Source: Methanobacteriota archaeon (lineage in GTDB: Archaea; Thermoplasmatota; Poseidoniia; Poseidoniales; Thalassarchaeaceae). From it: DNA of 64,000 nt. Shown piece by piece: positions 38,600 to 50,140 of this stretch (position 1 is the stretch's first letter; every line of letters starts with the position of its first letter). The position numbers and the translations under genes were made by a program. The DNA lies in contig PAOZ01000012.1 of assembly GCA_002708695.1 (NCBI GenBank), positions 4,280 through 68,279 on the forward strand, read 5' to 3'. The notes under the pieces were generated by a model, which was not told where the DNA came from, ran no database searches, and saw only the letters and a program-made list of their open reading frames with translations.

Positions 38600-39472
38600 C
38601 TATTGCCGAATTATTCTTTGAATTGCTTGTTCTATGGAAATTCGTCCTTCCGCCAAATCATCTACAGTTGAATCGAAGGAAGGGTTCGAAACTAATTCAT
38701 CCATTATAGCCGATGAAAGTCTATGCCTCCATTTCACTATCTCTACCGAAGCACGTAACTGTATATTCTCTAATGCTTCCACTAGTTCATTTATTCCTGT
38801 TCTATTTAATGCACTCACGATCAATACTGGAACATTTGAGGCCGGTCCAAGTGCTAGACCTGAACGAATATTGGCAGCAGCCTGTTCAGAACCAGGCAAA
38901 TCACCCTTATTCACCACAACCACATCAGCTAACTCTAGTAATCCGGCTTTCTCTGCTTGAACAATATCTCCTCTGTCTGGCCCATCAACAAGTAAAATCG
39001 AATCAGTCATTGAAACAATCCCAATCTCTGTTTGTCCAACTCCCACTGTCTCCACCAATATTCTATCCATTCCTGCCATTGAAAGAGCCGAAATCATGGC
39101 CTTAAGACGTAATGGCATAGAACCATGAGAATTTCTAGTTGCAACACTACGAACATAAATTCGATCATGGACACCACTTTGTTCCATCCTCATTCTATCT
39201 CCTAGAAGTGAACCACCACTGATTGGCGAACTAGGATCGATGCACAAAACTCCAATACGTTCTCCCTTATCTGCAAATATTTTGGCCAAACAATCTGTAA
39301 GGCAAGATTTTCCCACTCCAGGTGGTCCAGTAATTCCTATAGATTTAACAGAAGAAAAAGACAATACAGAATCAATACATTCTTGATCTCCTTGCTGAAT
39401 TAGAGTAAGTAATCGAGCGAGAGCTCTCCGAGAACCATTTGATGCTTCAACAATTAGTTGGGATTGATCCAT
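38600..39472 (-). CDS. meaB: Methylmalonyl-CoA mutase-associated GTPase MeaB/ArgK
   Basis: 'GITGPPGVGKS', 'CIDPSSPISGGSLLGDRMRM' and 'VVVNKGD'. The ATG at 39472 lies 4 nt after the upstream stop; the track start at 39592 would overlap by 116 nt. Confidence 0.85.
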   Translation of the reverse strand: MDQSQLIVEASNGSRRALARLLTLIQQGDQECIDSVLSFSSVKSIGITGPPGVGKSCLTDCLAKIFADKGERIGVLCIDPSSPISGGSLLGDRMRMEQSGVHDRIYVRSVATRNSHGSMPLRLKAMISALSMAGMDRILVETVGVGQTEIGIVSMTDSILLVDGPDRGDIVQAEKAGLLELADVVVVNKGDLPGSEQAAANIRSGLALGPASNVPVLIVSALNRTGINELVEALENIQLRASVEIVKWRHRLSSAIMDELVSNPSFDSTVDDLAEGRISIEQAIQRIIRQ

Positions 39473-39476
39473 TGAA

Positions 39477-39923
39477 TCATCTCCAATGCCAACCATCGGA
39501 AAAACCAACTCCAACTGGTTCGTTCGAAATTCTACGTTTTTTAACTTCATTAAGGAAATGAAGGAATTCTTCAGTGGGAGTTCCTGGTCCAAAAATTGCT
39601 CTTACTCCTGACGAAAACAAATCAGGACGATCGGCCATAGGGATTATTCCTCCACCAAAAACTACGATGTCATTCAAACCATTTTCTCTTAATAAATCAC
39701 AAACTCTAGGAAACAAAAATCCATGGGCGCCAGATAACGATGATAATCCTAGAATAGATGCATCTTCATCCTCTACAATGCGAATTATCTCTTCGGGGGT
39801 CCTACGTAATCCGGTGTAAATTACTTCATGACCTGCATCTCGAAGAGCTCTTGCAACTACTTTTGCACCCCGATCATGTCCATCAAGGCCTGGTTTGGCC
39901 ACGACTATACGGAGGGGACCCAT
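39477..39923 (-). CDS. Methylmalonyl-CoA mutase, B12-binding (small/C-terminal) subunit
   Basis: '[34 protein letters not shown]' carries the DxHxxG cobalamin motif, with 'GLSSLSGAH' and 'VVFGGGIIP'. The start is set at MGPLRIV; the longer track ORF overlaps the divergent gene. Confidence 0.85.
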   Translation of the reverse strand: MGPLRIVVAKPGLDGHDRGAKVVARALRDAGHEVIYTGLRRTPEEIIRIVEDEDASILGLSSLSGAHGFLFPRVCDLLRENGLNDIVVFGGGIIPMADRPDLFSSGVRAIFGPGTPTEEFLHFLNEVKKRRISNEPVGVGFSDGWHWR

Positions 39924-40017
39924 GCCCCTCGAGTTCAGCCGTTTAACTTGAATCAACCGTCTCAAATATACTCTTTCAAGGGCATGAATTATGGGCAACT
40001 TCGTGGAATGAGAGAAC

Positions 40018-41568
40018 ATGGAGACGACAGAGGAGCGACTCCAAGACCTCAGGCGGCGCAAAGAACAAGCCGAAATCGGTGGCGGCCAAAATAGAATCGA
40101 TGCACAACATAACAAAGGAAAAATGACTGCACGGGAACGAATTGAAGCATTCTTAGACGCAGGTACATTCCAAGAGATAGATGCTCTAGTTGAACATAGA
40201 TGTACTGATTTCGGAATGGATCGAAATGTTATTCCAGGAGATGGAGTAGTTTGTGGGTATGGAACTGTTGAAGGTCGTACAGTATACTGTTATGCCCAAG
40301 ATTTTACAGTATATGGAGGAAGTCTAGGCGAAATGCATGGACTAAAAATTTGTAAATTACTGGATATGGCTCTCAAAACTGGAGCACCCGTAGTAGGCAT
40401 GAACGACAGCGGGGGTGCACGAATTCAGGAGGGTGTTGCTTCTCTTGGTTCATATGCAGAAATTTTCTTCCGAAATGTCAGGGCTAGCGGAATCATACCT
40501 CAGATTTCAGTAATTATGGGGCCATGCGCTGGAGGCGCAGTATACAGTCCAGCAATTACAGACTTTGTAGTGATGGTTGATCAAACCGCTCACATGTTTA
40601 TTACTGGCCCAGAGGTCATCAAAACAGTAACGAATGAAGAAGTTTCATTCGAAGAATTAGGTGGGGCAAACACTCATGCAACTAGATCAGGGGTCACTCA
40701 TTTCACAGCAGAATCCGATGAAGATGCCTTAGATTTAGTTAGAAATTTACTTGGGCATTTACCAAGTAATAATCTTGAAAGGACACCACAATCTCCCTCT
40801 GGAAAACCATCGATTGATTCAGAAACATTACGAAATCTAATTCCAGAAGACCCATCTAAACCATATGATGTAATTACAGCTATAGAAGGGATAGTTGACC
40901 ATGGTGCATTTTTAGAAGTCCAAGCAAATTTCGCCCAGAATATCGTTTGTGGATTTGCACGTCTAGAAGGGCAATCAATAGGCGTAGTAGCCAATCAACC
41001 AAATTTCCTAGCAGGATGTTTGGATATTGATGCATCTGTAAAAGCAGCAAGATTTGTAAGATTCTGTGACGCTTTCAACATCCCTCTAGTTACTCTTGTT
41101 GATGTTCCAGGATTTTTGCCTGGAGCAGGACAAGAATGGGGAGGAATTATTCGCCATGGTGCAAAACTTCTCTATGCATATGCTGAAGCCACTGTTCCAA
41201 AGATGACTGTGATATTAAGAAAGGCATATGGAGGCGCATACGATGTAATGTCATCAAAGCATATTCGAGGAGATTACAATATTGCTTGGCCTACGGCTCA
41301 ACTTGCTGTAATGGGAGCCGAAGGAGCAGTTCAGATAATCCATAGAAAACGAATTCAATCATCTGGAAATCCTGAACAAGAGCGAGAAAGACTAGTGGAA
41401 GATTATACTGAATCATTTGCTACACCGTACAAAGCTGCATCTCTAGGATACTTGGACGATGTAATAGACCCCGCAGAAACACGAGAACGTCTTTCTCGTG
41501 CTCTTGGTCACCTTATGGATAAAGAAGAGCCAAGGCCCTCTCGAAAACATGGTAATATCCCACTCTGA
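40018..41568 (+). CDS. Propionyl-CoA carboxylase beta chain / methylmalonyl-CoA carboxyltransferase
   Basis: '[19 protein letters not shown]', '[14 protein letters not shown]', '[13 protein letters not shown]' and '[14 protein letters not shown]' are typical of the carboxyltransferase 12S/PccB family. Confidence 0.9.
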   Translation: METTEERLQDLRRRKEQAEIGGGQNRIDAQHNKGKMTARERIEAFLDAGTFQEIDALVEHRCTDFGMDRNVIPGDGVVCGYGTVEGRTVYCYAQDFTVYGGSLGEMHGLKICKLLDMALKTGAPVVGMNDSGGARIQEGVASLGSYAEIFFRNVRASGIIPQISVIMGPCAGGAVYSPAITDFVVMVDQTAHMFITGPEVIKTVTNEEVSFEELGGANTHATRSGVTHFTAESDEDALDLVRNLLGHLPSNNLERTPQSPSGKPSIDSETLRNLIPEDPSKPYDVITAIEGIVDHGAFLEVQANFAQNIVCGFARLEGQSIGVVANQPNFLAGCLDIDASVKAARFVRFCDAFNIPLVTLVDVPGFLPGAGQEWGGIIRHGAKLLYAYAEATVPKMTVILRKAYGGAYDVMSSKHIRGDYNIAWPTAQLAVMGAEGAVQIIHRKRIQSSGNPEQERERLVEDYTESFATPYKAASLGYLDDVIDPAETRERLSRALGHLMDKEEPRPSRKHGNIPL

Positions 41569-41577
41569 GGTCATAAC

Positions 41578-41835
41578 ATGGATGAAAACACCTCATTCTC
41601 ATCCGAAATTGGTAGAATTCTAAGAGATTCTCGGGATGTCGATGTCAATCAAGTCGACAAAAAATTACAACTTGCTGTTGCATTGGCAGTAAAATTACAC
41701 ACATCAACAAATTCTGATGATAAGGTGATAGTAGGGAGATTATTGGGCCCTGCTTTCGCACAAGATCATCGTAGGATGAGATTTGGAAGAAACAATCTCA
41801 TTCAAGGAAGAAATTCTAGGAGTACTTGGAGGTGA
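41578..41835 (+). CDS. Small protein between carboxyltransferase and BCCP (possible small carboxylase/decarboxylase subunit)
   Basis: 85-aa ORF tightly packed in the operon. No motif recognised; the role is inferred from position only. Confidence 0.4.
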   Translation: MDENTSFSSEIGRILRDSRDVDVNQVDKKLQLAVALAVKLHTSTNSDDKVIVGRLLGPAFAQDHRRMRFGRNNLIQGRNSRSTWR

Positions 41836-41839
41836 ATGA

Positions 41840-42262
41840 ATGACAGAAAAGTACGAGATTGAAATAGATGGGGAAATCTTCTCAGTCGATATCGAAGAAA
41901 TTGATGGTGGGCAATTACGTGCAACCGTTTCAGGAACAGAATTTATCGTAAAACTACCTGAGGGGGTAGGACCTTCTCCAACTCCAAGAAGAAGAAGTGG
42001 AGGAAGTGGTAAAAAGGGGAAATCGGGAACTGTGTCAACCAGTATTCCAGGTAAAATAGTCACTCTGGAAGTTTCGTTAGGACAAGAAGTAATGGAAGGA
42101 CAAGTAATACTTATTCTAGAAGCAATGAAGATGCAGAATGAAGTTACTGCTCCGATATCAGGAAAAATAACTACTATCAATTGTTCTGAAGGAGACAATG
42201 TTGAAGCCAACATGGCTCTAGTGGTAATTGAACCAAATTCTGAAGGAGAGGAAAATAGTTGA
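41840..42262 (+). CDS. Biotin carboxyl carrier protein (biotinyl/lipoyl domain)
   Basis: Biotinylation motif 'LILEAMKMQNEVTAPISGKI'. GGAGGTGA precedes the ATG. Confidence 0.85.
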   Translation: MTEKYEIEIDGEIFSVDIEEIDGGQLRATVSGTEFIVKLPEGVGPSPTPRRRSGGSGKKGKSGTVSTSIPGKIVTLEVSLGQEVMEGQVILILEAMKMQNEVTAPISGKITTINCSEGDNVEANMALVVIEPNSEGEENS

Positions 42263-42306
42263 ATTCGTACAATGGTTCAAGTGATGTGAATTACAGGTGA
42301 TGATGA

Positions 42307-42537
42307 ATGCCGAACTGCGACCACCCTGGATGCACCCAAGAAGGTGAAGTAATTTCCCGTCTTTCTCCAGAAGGTTTCTTGGTAGCCACTGGAAAAAAGG
42401 CATACTCATTCAGAGAAGCATATCGACGTTTTCATTATTGTATGCACCATCATGATGAATTAATGGCGAATGTTTGGACACGAGTTAGAAAACCAGATGA
42501 CAAAGATGACGACCATCCTGCACCTACTATGGTATAA
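42307..42537 (+). CDS. Small Cys/His-containing hypothetical protein
   Basis: 76-aa ORF with 'CDHPGC' and 'YCMHHH' (possible metal site). GGTGATGA precedes the ATG. Confidence 0.35.
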   Translation: MPNCDHPGCTQEGEVISRLSPEGFLVATGKKAYSFREAYRRFHYCMHHHDELMANVWTRVRKPDDKDDDHPAPTMV

Positions 42538-42554
42538 TTAACAAAAGTCAGAGA

Positions 42555-43922
<1,368 letters not shown>

Positions 43923-44003
43923 TTATCACTCCGAGGTTTGGCCCGTAAGGGATGTTTGGTTCGAGTTGAATACAGCATTTGAATGGTTGTATTAGAGATT
44001 CTA

Positions 44004-45320
44004 TCATGAATAGATTATTCGTTCAGCAATATTGGAAACTGCGTCTTCATATCCTTGAAGAGTAATTACAGACATGGCATTTTGACTAACTTGCCTTTTC
44101 CTAAGTGCATCCGCAACAGGAGTATGCTCTCGGAACCACCGTGTTCTCCCATCTTTACCTATTATTCGAACATCTACTGCAGCCATCCGAGGTTCAGAAA
44201 GTAATAATTTGATTGATGGAACATCAATACAGACATATCCTGAATCAAGACCTGCACGACGTGCAATCTCATCTTCAACTTGAATTCGTTCTTCAGAATT
44301 AGTTGCTAGATGAATCAAGCGTTCTATTTGTTCAGGGCTCAATTCCTCCATTCTTCTAGTCAAACAATTCTTTAGTAAACGTCGATATTTCAAACGTTTA
44401 ATCATATCCTTCGAAAAGGGACCTGCTGTGTCCAAAGCATGCCAAACTTCAGCATCAACCATTCGTTGCATTTGGACGGCTTCTGGGAGTGTATCTTCAG
44501 ACCTTTCTACGGCTCTTGAAAGCATTACTTCAGTAATTCGTGTAACACGATGGAAATAGACTGCACTATACATCAAAGCTCTAGCAGTCATCATTCCTTC
44601 CAGAGCAGATAAACCGCCCTCTGAAACAGCAATATCCCCTGAATGTCTTTCCAAGCAATGTATTAAACGGTCATGATCAATTATTCCATGTTTTACACCT
44701 GTAAAGTGAGCATCGCGTAACAAATAATCCATTTGATCACAATCAACTGGGCCATGAACTAAATGTCCCATAGTATGATCCTGTGAATGAAACGCTTCGG
44801 CACCTTCGCCCCAATGAAATAAATTCCTTTCTTTACCACCTGCATCCGGACCGTGAATCAATGAAGAAACTTCTCTAGGATTAATACCATAAGACTCCAA
44901 AATCTCAGGAACAGTTCGACGTTCAGGGAAAAGTAATCTTTCTTCTTCTGAAAGAATGTCGTATTCACCAGTAATAATCCCCTCTGTTATGTGCATATGA
45001 TCTGCACCTCCTCTCTCATGGAGTATATGTTCCAAAGTATGGGAATAAGGACCATGCCCAACATCATGTAACATTGCTGCCACTTCTACAATAGTTGATT
45101 CATCTTCAGAAAGAGATAGACTTGTAGCCATTCTTCCAGCTAAATGAGAAACTCCTAAAGAATGCTCAAATCTAGTGTGATGAGCGCCTGGAAACACCAA
45201 ATGAGCAAGTCCTAATTGTTTGATGTGACTTAACTTATTGAATTCAGGAGTCGAAAGCAAATCCTCTCTAACACCGTCAATAGAAAACGACCCATGGATG
45301 GTGTCATTGATGACCCTCAT
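44004..45320 (-). CDS. HD-domain phosphohydrolase (COG1078/SAMHD1-dGTPase-like)
   Basis: 'HTRFEHSLGVSHLA', 'MLHDVGHGPYSH' and 'DCDQMDYLLRDAHFTGV'. Confidence 0.8.
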   Translation of the reverse strand: MRVINDTIHGSFSIDGVREDLLSTPEFNKLSHIKQLGLAHLVFPGAHHTRFEHSLGVSHLAGRMATSLSLSEDESTIVEVAAMLHDVGHGPYSHTLEHILHERGGADHMHITEGIITGEYDILSEEERLLFPERRTVPEILESYGINPREVSSLIHGPDAGGKERNLFHWGEGAEAFHSQDHTMGHLVHGPVDCDQMDYLLRDAHFTGVKHGIIDHDRLIHCLERHSGDIAVSEGGLSALEGMMTARALMYSAVYFHRVTRITEVMLSRAVERSEDTLPEAVQMQRMVDAEVWHALDTAGPFSKDMIKRLKYRRLLKNCLTRRMEELSPEQIERLIHLATNSEERIQVEDEIARRAGLDSGYVCIDVPSIKLLLSEPRMAAVDVRIIGKDGRTRWFREHTPVADALRKRQVSQNAMSVITLQGYEDAVSNIAERIIYS

Positions 45321-45361
45321 TGATACATGCCCAGGCAGACTTGGAAATGAACCCTACGATT

Positions 45362-48300
45362 CTACTGCTGATTCCAGCCCTGTTGACCCCAACCTTGTTG
45401 TGCGTAGGTATTCGGGTCAACGTGTTGCTGAATTTGCTGGCCTTGAGCTTGTTGATGCGCCCACCATTCTGCCTGCTGTGCAGCCCTCATCTCTTCCTCA
45501 AGACGATAGCGCCTATCTCCAATACGATCAAACAACAAGGCAGTCTGACCTGCATCAATCCTGCCTTTTTCAGATAAATCCTCTACTTCTTTCTCTACTT
45601 CGTGAATTCCTTCATATCCTTCTGCATTATCAATTGAATTTCTAAGTCGTTCGAAATTACTTCTACGACTGTTAGATGATTTCCAAACCAATACAGACAT
45701 AATTGCTCCAATCATAATAATTACGAGAATACCGATTGAAACACCGGTCTGAACCGCAGGATCAATTGTAGAGCCCTGTTGTAGTTGGTCAGGAGTATTG
45801 TCTCCATCTGCATCCAATGGAACATCATTTGCATCAAAAGGATCTGTTCCAACATTGATTTCATCAAAAGTTGTGAACCCATCATTATCATCATCAGGAT
45901 CAACCATATCTGCCCATCCATCACCATCAAAATCTGGACATCCTTTCGTAAATCGAGTTGAATTCCCAGCAACTAGTGGACAATCATCACTTTGTTCAAA
46001 ACCTTGCTGATCAGCCCATCCATCCCCATCAGTATCCGACCATAAAGATGCATCATTTGACCAACCTCCTGGGACAGTAGCATTCCCGTCGATTAAATCT
46101 GCGAAGCCATCTCCATCTGTATCTGGGCATCCAACCAATCCATTTTCAGTAGATTCACCATATTCTTCAGGACAACTATCTGGATCTGTTCCATTTGGAT
46201 TATCACCCCATCCATCGCCATCAGAATCAGCCCATTGACTTGAATCCGAGGGGTAAGAGTCTCCCGAATCTGACCAACCATCACCATCTCGATCAGGACA
46301 AGCAATTCTATCTTCAAAGGATGATCCCCATTCTGTAGGGCAATCATCGACAAGTCCAGATTCAGCAACATCAGGGATACCATCTTCATCAGAATCTGGA
46401 CATCCATTTGATGATTCACCAAAATCTACTGGGCAATCATCTCCATCATTAGAAATCCCATCTCCATCATTATCTGGACATCCTACTTGATCAATGGAAG
46501 AAGTTCCTTGACGAGTAGGGCAATCATCCGAATCAGGGAAACCAGGAGAATCACCAAATCCATCACCATCGGAATCCGAACTTTGATCAGGATTGTCTGG
46601 CATTGCATCAGAAATATCTGACCAGCCATCTCCATCGGAATCGATACAACCTATACGATCTCTAAATGAAGTTCCAGGGGTGTCTGGACAATCGTCAAAT
46701 GGGCCCATTGATTGTTCAAGTTCAACATCTTCGTACCCATCATTATCCCTATCCAAAGGACTGGGGTCAGGCAAATATGCTCCTTCCACCCACATTCCTG
46801 GCCAATGATTCATGCGAGATGAATTCCAAGAAGAAATTCTCCAATTATCTCCCATTCCATCACCATCAGTATCTTTCCATTGTGACGGTTTATTGAAGAA
46901 ATCATCGACTAAATCTGACCAACCATCACTATCTAAATCAGGACAACCAAAGGAATCTTTTGTAGAGGTGCCCCAAACATTTGGACAATCATCAGGAGCT
47001 TCTCCCTCAGTATTATCGCCATATCCATCAGAATCCAAATCTTCCCACTGAGTAGAATTCCCAATGAAAGCATCATTAGAATCCGATTGGCCATCGCCAT
47101 CATCATCCGGACAACCATACACATCCCTTGTGCTTGTCCCATATGCGACAGGACAATAATCGGGAGTAGTGGCACCATCTCGATAGACTCCAATGCCTCC
47201 AGATCTAGAAGCATTCCAAGAAGGATCTCCCCAATTATCACCAAATCCATCTCTATCAAAATCTGACCATTGTGTTGAATCAATTGGGAATCTATCAGTA
47301 CGATCCCCCACGTTATCACCATCAGAATCTATTCCATGTACTACCAAAACAAAATCATTGGAACCACTATGAGATACTGATGAACCGTCAATAGTCAGTT
47401 GAGTTGGGTAATTGAAACCAAAATAGGTTTCATTACCAAGAATTGCAGCACCATATCCTGAATCTCCAGATGTAGTACCATATCCCTTAACCCAGTTCCA
47501 AGAGCCTGTAGAAGAAATTGTAGCAGCGAATACATCATTTGAACCGGTACTGGATAAGCCATAAGGTCCGAAAACTCCTGTGCTGTAGTAATATCCAGTG
47601 ACTGCTATTTCACCAGTATCCCACTCAGTAGAAACTTCATAACAGTAATCTGTACTACTGCCTCCTCCTTTATCGTACCAATTCCAATTTCCAGTTGGTG
47701 AGATTTGAGCCACAAACATATCCCAACTATTCTGATTAGCTTGTAGCCGATTCCCAGAGAATTCAGAATAGCCATAGAACCGGCCACAAACCGTAGCATT
47801 TCCTCCAGCATCTACACTGATTCCCTCAGGATATGTCTCATACGAACTATATCCAAATTCTTCTGCCCAAGAATGAGATCCAGAGGAGGAATATTGAGCA
47901 ATAAATCCCCAATAATCATAACCTCTATTCCCATTATTCAAAGTCATACCCGAGAACTCAACATTATAGGAAAATTCTCCTGTAACATACACTCTCTCTT
48001 GACTGTCAACAGCTACAGAACGCCCTCTCTCATAGTAACTGCCACCAATCCTTTCAACCCAACGCCAATTACCTTGAGAATCAAGACTGGCAAGAAAACC
48101 ATCAGAGTAACAACTTCCACATTGAATAGAACCTGCAGATCCAAAATTCAGAGTTCCGGATGACCAATATCCTGTGATGTATACATTCCCTGACTCTGCA
48201 ATTGCTACTCCATGGGCATAATCACTACTACTTGCTCCAACCGTATTTGACCAAATCCAATTACCAGAAGTATCCAATACTGCGACAAAAATATCGTAAG

Positions 48301-48775
48301 AACCACTAGAGGAATGATAGTCACTACCAAATTGAATTGAACTATAGTAAATACCTGTTATACTGACGTTTCCACCCTTATCAACATCAATATCATAACA
48401 ATAATCAGAACTAGTAGAACCCGCTGTCTTAACCCATAACCAGTCACCAGTTACAGACAATTTTGCAACAAAAATATCAGCAGAATTACTACTTGAAGCA
48501 GGTGTGGAAAGTGTTCCTAAATTCATTGTTTGGTGATAATAACCACAAACATACACATTGCCAAAATCATCAACGTCAATACTTTGGATATTATCTGAAC
48601 CAGAACCTCCTGCATTCTCAAACCAAAGTAATTGAGATGAACTTGCTCTAGGGGAAAAATCAGAATCAATTTCATCCTCAAGCGACACAATACTATCAAA
48701 ATCGTAGGAATTAATCAAAATTGGAGTGAGAAAAAATATCACTAGAACAACACTCAAACGCCGCTTCATGGACAT
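45362..48775 (-). CDS. Large surface protein: signal peptide, beta-propeller-type (SBBP-like) repeats, thrombospondin type-3 Ca-binding repeats, TM anchor, Q/W-rich cytoplasmic tail
   Basis: 1137 aa. It has repeated 'G.SSDY..GV..D..GN.Y.TGY' units and many 'DSDGDGWSD/DTDGDGMGD/DRDGDGWSD' units. A TM helix (ILVIIMIGAIMSVLVW) is followed by a tail ending QQGWGQQGWNQQ. Confidence 0.75.
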   Translation of the reverse strand: MSMKRRLSVVLVIFFLTPILINSYDFDSIVSLEDEIDSDFSPRASSSQLLWFENAGGSGSDNIQSIDVDDFGNVYVCGYYHQTMNLGTLSTPASSSNSADIFVAKLSVTGDWLWVKTAGSTSSDYCYDIDVDKGGNVSITGIYYSSIQFGSDYHSSSGSYDIFVAVLDTSGNWIWSNTVGASSSDYAHGVAIAESGNVYITGYWSSGTLNFGSAGSIQCGSCYSDGFLASLDSQGNWRWVERIGGSYYERGRSVAVDSQERVYVTGEFSYNVEFSGMTLNNGNRGYDYWGFIAQYSSSGSHSWAEEFGYSSYETYPEGISVDAGGNATVCGRFYGYSEFSGNRLQANQNSWDMFVAQISPTGNWNWYDKGGGSSTDYCYEVSTEWDTGEIAVTGYYYSTGVFGPYGLSSTGSNDVFAATISSTGSWNWVKGYGTTSGDSGYGAAILGNETYFGFNYPTQLTIDGSSVSHSGSNDFVLVVHGIDSDGDNVGDRTDRFPIDSTQWSDFDRDGFGDNWGDPSWNASRSGGIGVYRDGATTPDYCPVAYGTSTRDVYGCPDDDGDGQSDSNDAFIGNSTQWEDLDSDGYGDNTEGEAPDDCPNVWGTSTKDSFGCPDLDSDGWSDLVDDFFNKPSQWKDTDGDGMGDNWRISSWNSSRMNHWPGMWVEGAYLPDPSPLDRDNDGYEDVELEQSMGPFDDCPDTPGTSFRDRIGCIDSDGDGWSDISDAMPDNPDQSSDSDGDGFGDSPGFPDSDDCPTRQGTSSIDQVGCPDNDGDGISNDGDDCPVDFGESSNGCPDSDEDGIPDVAESGLVDDCPTEWGSSFEDRIACPDRDGDGWSDSGDSYPSDSSQWADSDGDGWGDNPNGTDPDSCPEEYGESTENGLVGCPDTDGDGFADLIDGNATVPGGWSNDASLWSDTDGDGWADQQGFEQSDDCPLVAGNSTRFTKGCPDFDGDGWADMVDPDDDNDGFTTFDEINVGTDPFDANDVPLDADGDNTPDQLQQGSTIDPAVQTGVSIGILVIIMIGAIMSVLVWKSSNSRRSNFERLRNSIDNAEGYEGIHEVEKEVEDLSEKGRIDAGQTALLFDRIGDRRYRLEEEMRAAQQAEWWAHQQAQGQQIQQHVDPNTYAQQGWGQQGWNQQ

Positions 48776-48823
48776 TGAGGAGAAACACAGGATTTAGGTG
48801 ATTCGGAAAAAAAAACAACAGAT

Positions 48824-49279
48824 TCAAGAGAATGGATGCCTTACTAGATACCTTTCCATACGCTCTGTAAGTCGTTCAGAGGTATTAGAACGTGCTGCAA
48901 GTAGCCTGATTTGCTCAACCATCAATGCATGTTCATCGGATTGTAAGCCAAGAACTCGACGAAGAACATCCAACATTGCCATTTCATCATCTGTAATCAC
49001 TTCATCATCTAATGCAGTAATCAACACATTCTGATACATTGCGAGATCACCTAACTTACGATTTGTATGTTCATCGACATCTAAATCGGAAAATGGTGAC
49101 ATCATATCTCCCCTAGCTATTGCAAAACAATCTTGAACACTTCCTGAATTTAACCCCATTACAGATTCAATCACTTTCAAAATTGCAGATTCATCATCGG
49201 TGACGATGTCATCTGCCAAAGCAACTTGGACTGTTCGCATCAAAATGTAGAGCCCTCGGCTCCCTCCCCTGTTATCCAT
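48824..49279 (-). CDS. Two-repeat helical protein, TerB-like
   Basis: Internal duplication 'DDIVTDDESAILKVIESVMGL' / 'DDEVITDDEMAMLDVLRRVLGL', reminiscent of TerB-type domains. Weak. Confidence 0.4.
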   Translation of the reverse strand: MDNRGGSRGLYILMRTVQVALADDIVTDDESAILKVIESVMGLNSGSVQDCFAIARGDMMSPFSDLDVDEHTNRKLGDLAMYQNVLITALDDEVITDDEMAMLDVLRRVLGLQSDEHALMVEQIRLLAARSNTSERLTERMERYLVRHPFS

Positions 49280-49320
49280 ACATCTGGGTCACATCACAAC
49301 TATATGGCCAAATCGCCTAG

Positions 49321-50139
49321 ATGAATAAAATTTTATTCAAGAACTCAATAATTATGAAAGAGAGGGTTGAAATCAAGAACTATCAACAGAGAAACGTGGG
49401 CCTCGAAAAATCTTCTTTGGTAGTGGCTGATGAAACTTCAAAGAATCTTCTAGGATTCGTGGCCCCTTGGAAAAATCCACAAGGCAGAATTCTAAGGCCT
49501 TCAGAGTTTATAGCATCTAGAAGATTTACAATAGTATATCTTGTAGTAGTTTGGGCCTATATCGTACTAATTGATGAAGCACCAGAAGGTGATTTATTTT
49601 ACAATCTGAGAATACTAAGTGAGCAAGTCGCTAGGATGGACCCAAATGAATTAACTGCTAATCCTCTTATTTTCTTACTCTCATTATTCATCTCGCCCTT
49701 TGCACATTGGGACACAGTACACGCGATGTATGTCACCGCAGGAATAATGTTCTTTTTACAATCGTTTGAAGCACATAATAATTGGAAAAGTGCCGCAAAA
49801 ATATTCATTGGAACAAGCGCATTAACATCATTACTTATGGCAATTTTTTACAATGTAGGTTTCACTATTAATCCGGATATTGAACTGTTTTCTTACGTCA
49901 TGGGTAGATCATTTAGAGGTGGGTCAATTGGAATGTTTGGGGCTTTGGGAGCACTTGCCTATCATGCTAAGAAGCCACAATTTCCCTTGATACTTGTTTT
50001 CTTATTTGAGGTTTGGAATTACAATAATTACGGCACAGATGCAGCCATTTCAATTGGTCATGCCTCTTCAACCATAATTGGTTGGATTACTTGGAGATGG
50101 TGGAATCAAAAAGGAGAGATGTATGACGAATCCGAGTGA
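49321..50139 (+). CDS. Polytopic membrane protein, possibly rhomboid-family
   Basis: About 6 TM helices. 'FAHWDTVHAMY' and 'RGGSIGMFGALGALAYH' loosely resemble the rhomboid H-x4-H-x3-N and GxSG helices. Weak. Confidence 0.4.
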   Translation: MNKILFKNSIIMKERVEIKNYQQRNVGLEKSSLVVADETSKNLLGFVAPWKNPQGRILRPSEFIASRRFTIVYLVVVWAYIVLIDEAPEGDLFYNLRILSEQVARMDPNELTANPLIFLLSLFISPFAHWDTVHAMYVTAGIMFFLQSFEAHNNWKSAAKIFIGTSALTSLLMAIFYNVGFTINPDIELFSYVMGRSFRGGSIGMFGALGALAYHAKKPQFPLILVFLFEVWNYNNYGTDAAISIGHASSTIIGWITWRWWNQKGEMYDESE

Positions 50140-50140
50140 A

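Noticed and set aside
39924-40115. N-terminal 64-aa extension of the MCM B12-subunit ORF, the 120-nt extension of MeaB (39473-39592), and the extensions of ORFs 26560, 26656, 23874, 34310 and 50136.
   Set aside because: The extensions overlap neighbouring genes or divergent promoters, are Cys/Ser/Leu-rich without conservation features, and internal Met codons give N-termini matching the respective families.
44004-45320. HD-domain dNTPase-like gene considered as an antiviral defence island component, with the XPD helicase, KaiC-like ATPase and RHH genes as possible partners.
   Set aside because: COG1078-type HD proteins and XPD are, as far as I recall, common housekeeping genes in archaea. 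The candidates are dispersed among metabolic genes, and no nucleases, integrases or typical defence partners are adjacent.
45700-47400. Highly repetitive GAT/GGT-rich DNA and several 60-130 aa ORFs on both strands inside the 1137-aa gene; the same occurs at 60300-62200 inside the giant gene. Considered as tandem repeats, CRISPR-like arrays or nested genes.
   Set aside because: The periodicity is at the protein level (degenerate DxDxDG repeats), not in exact DNA repeats with spacers. The embedded ORFs have His/Gln/Ser-rich nonsense compositions typical of off-frame or antisense reading of Asp/Gly-rich coding sequence.
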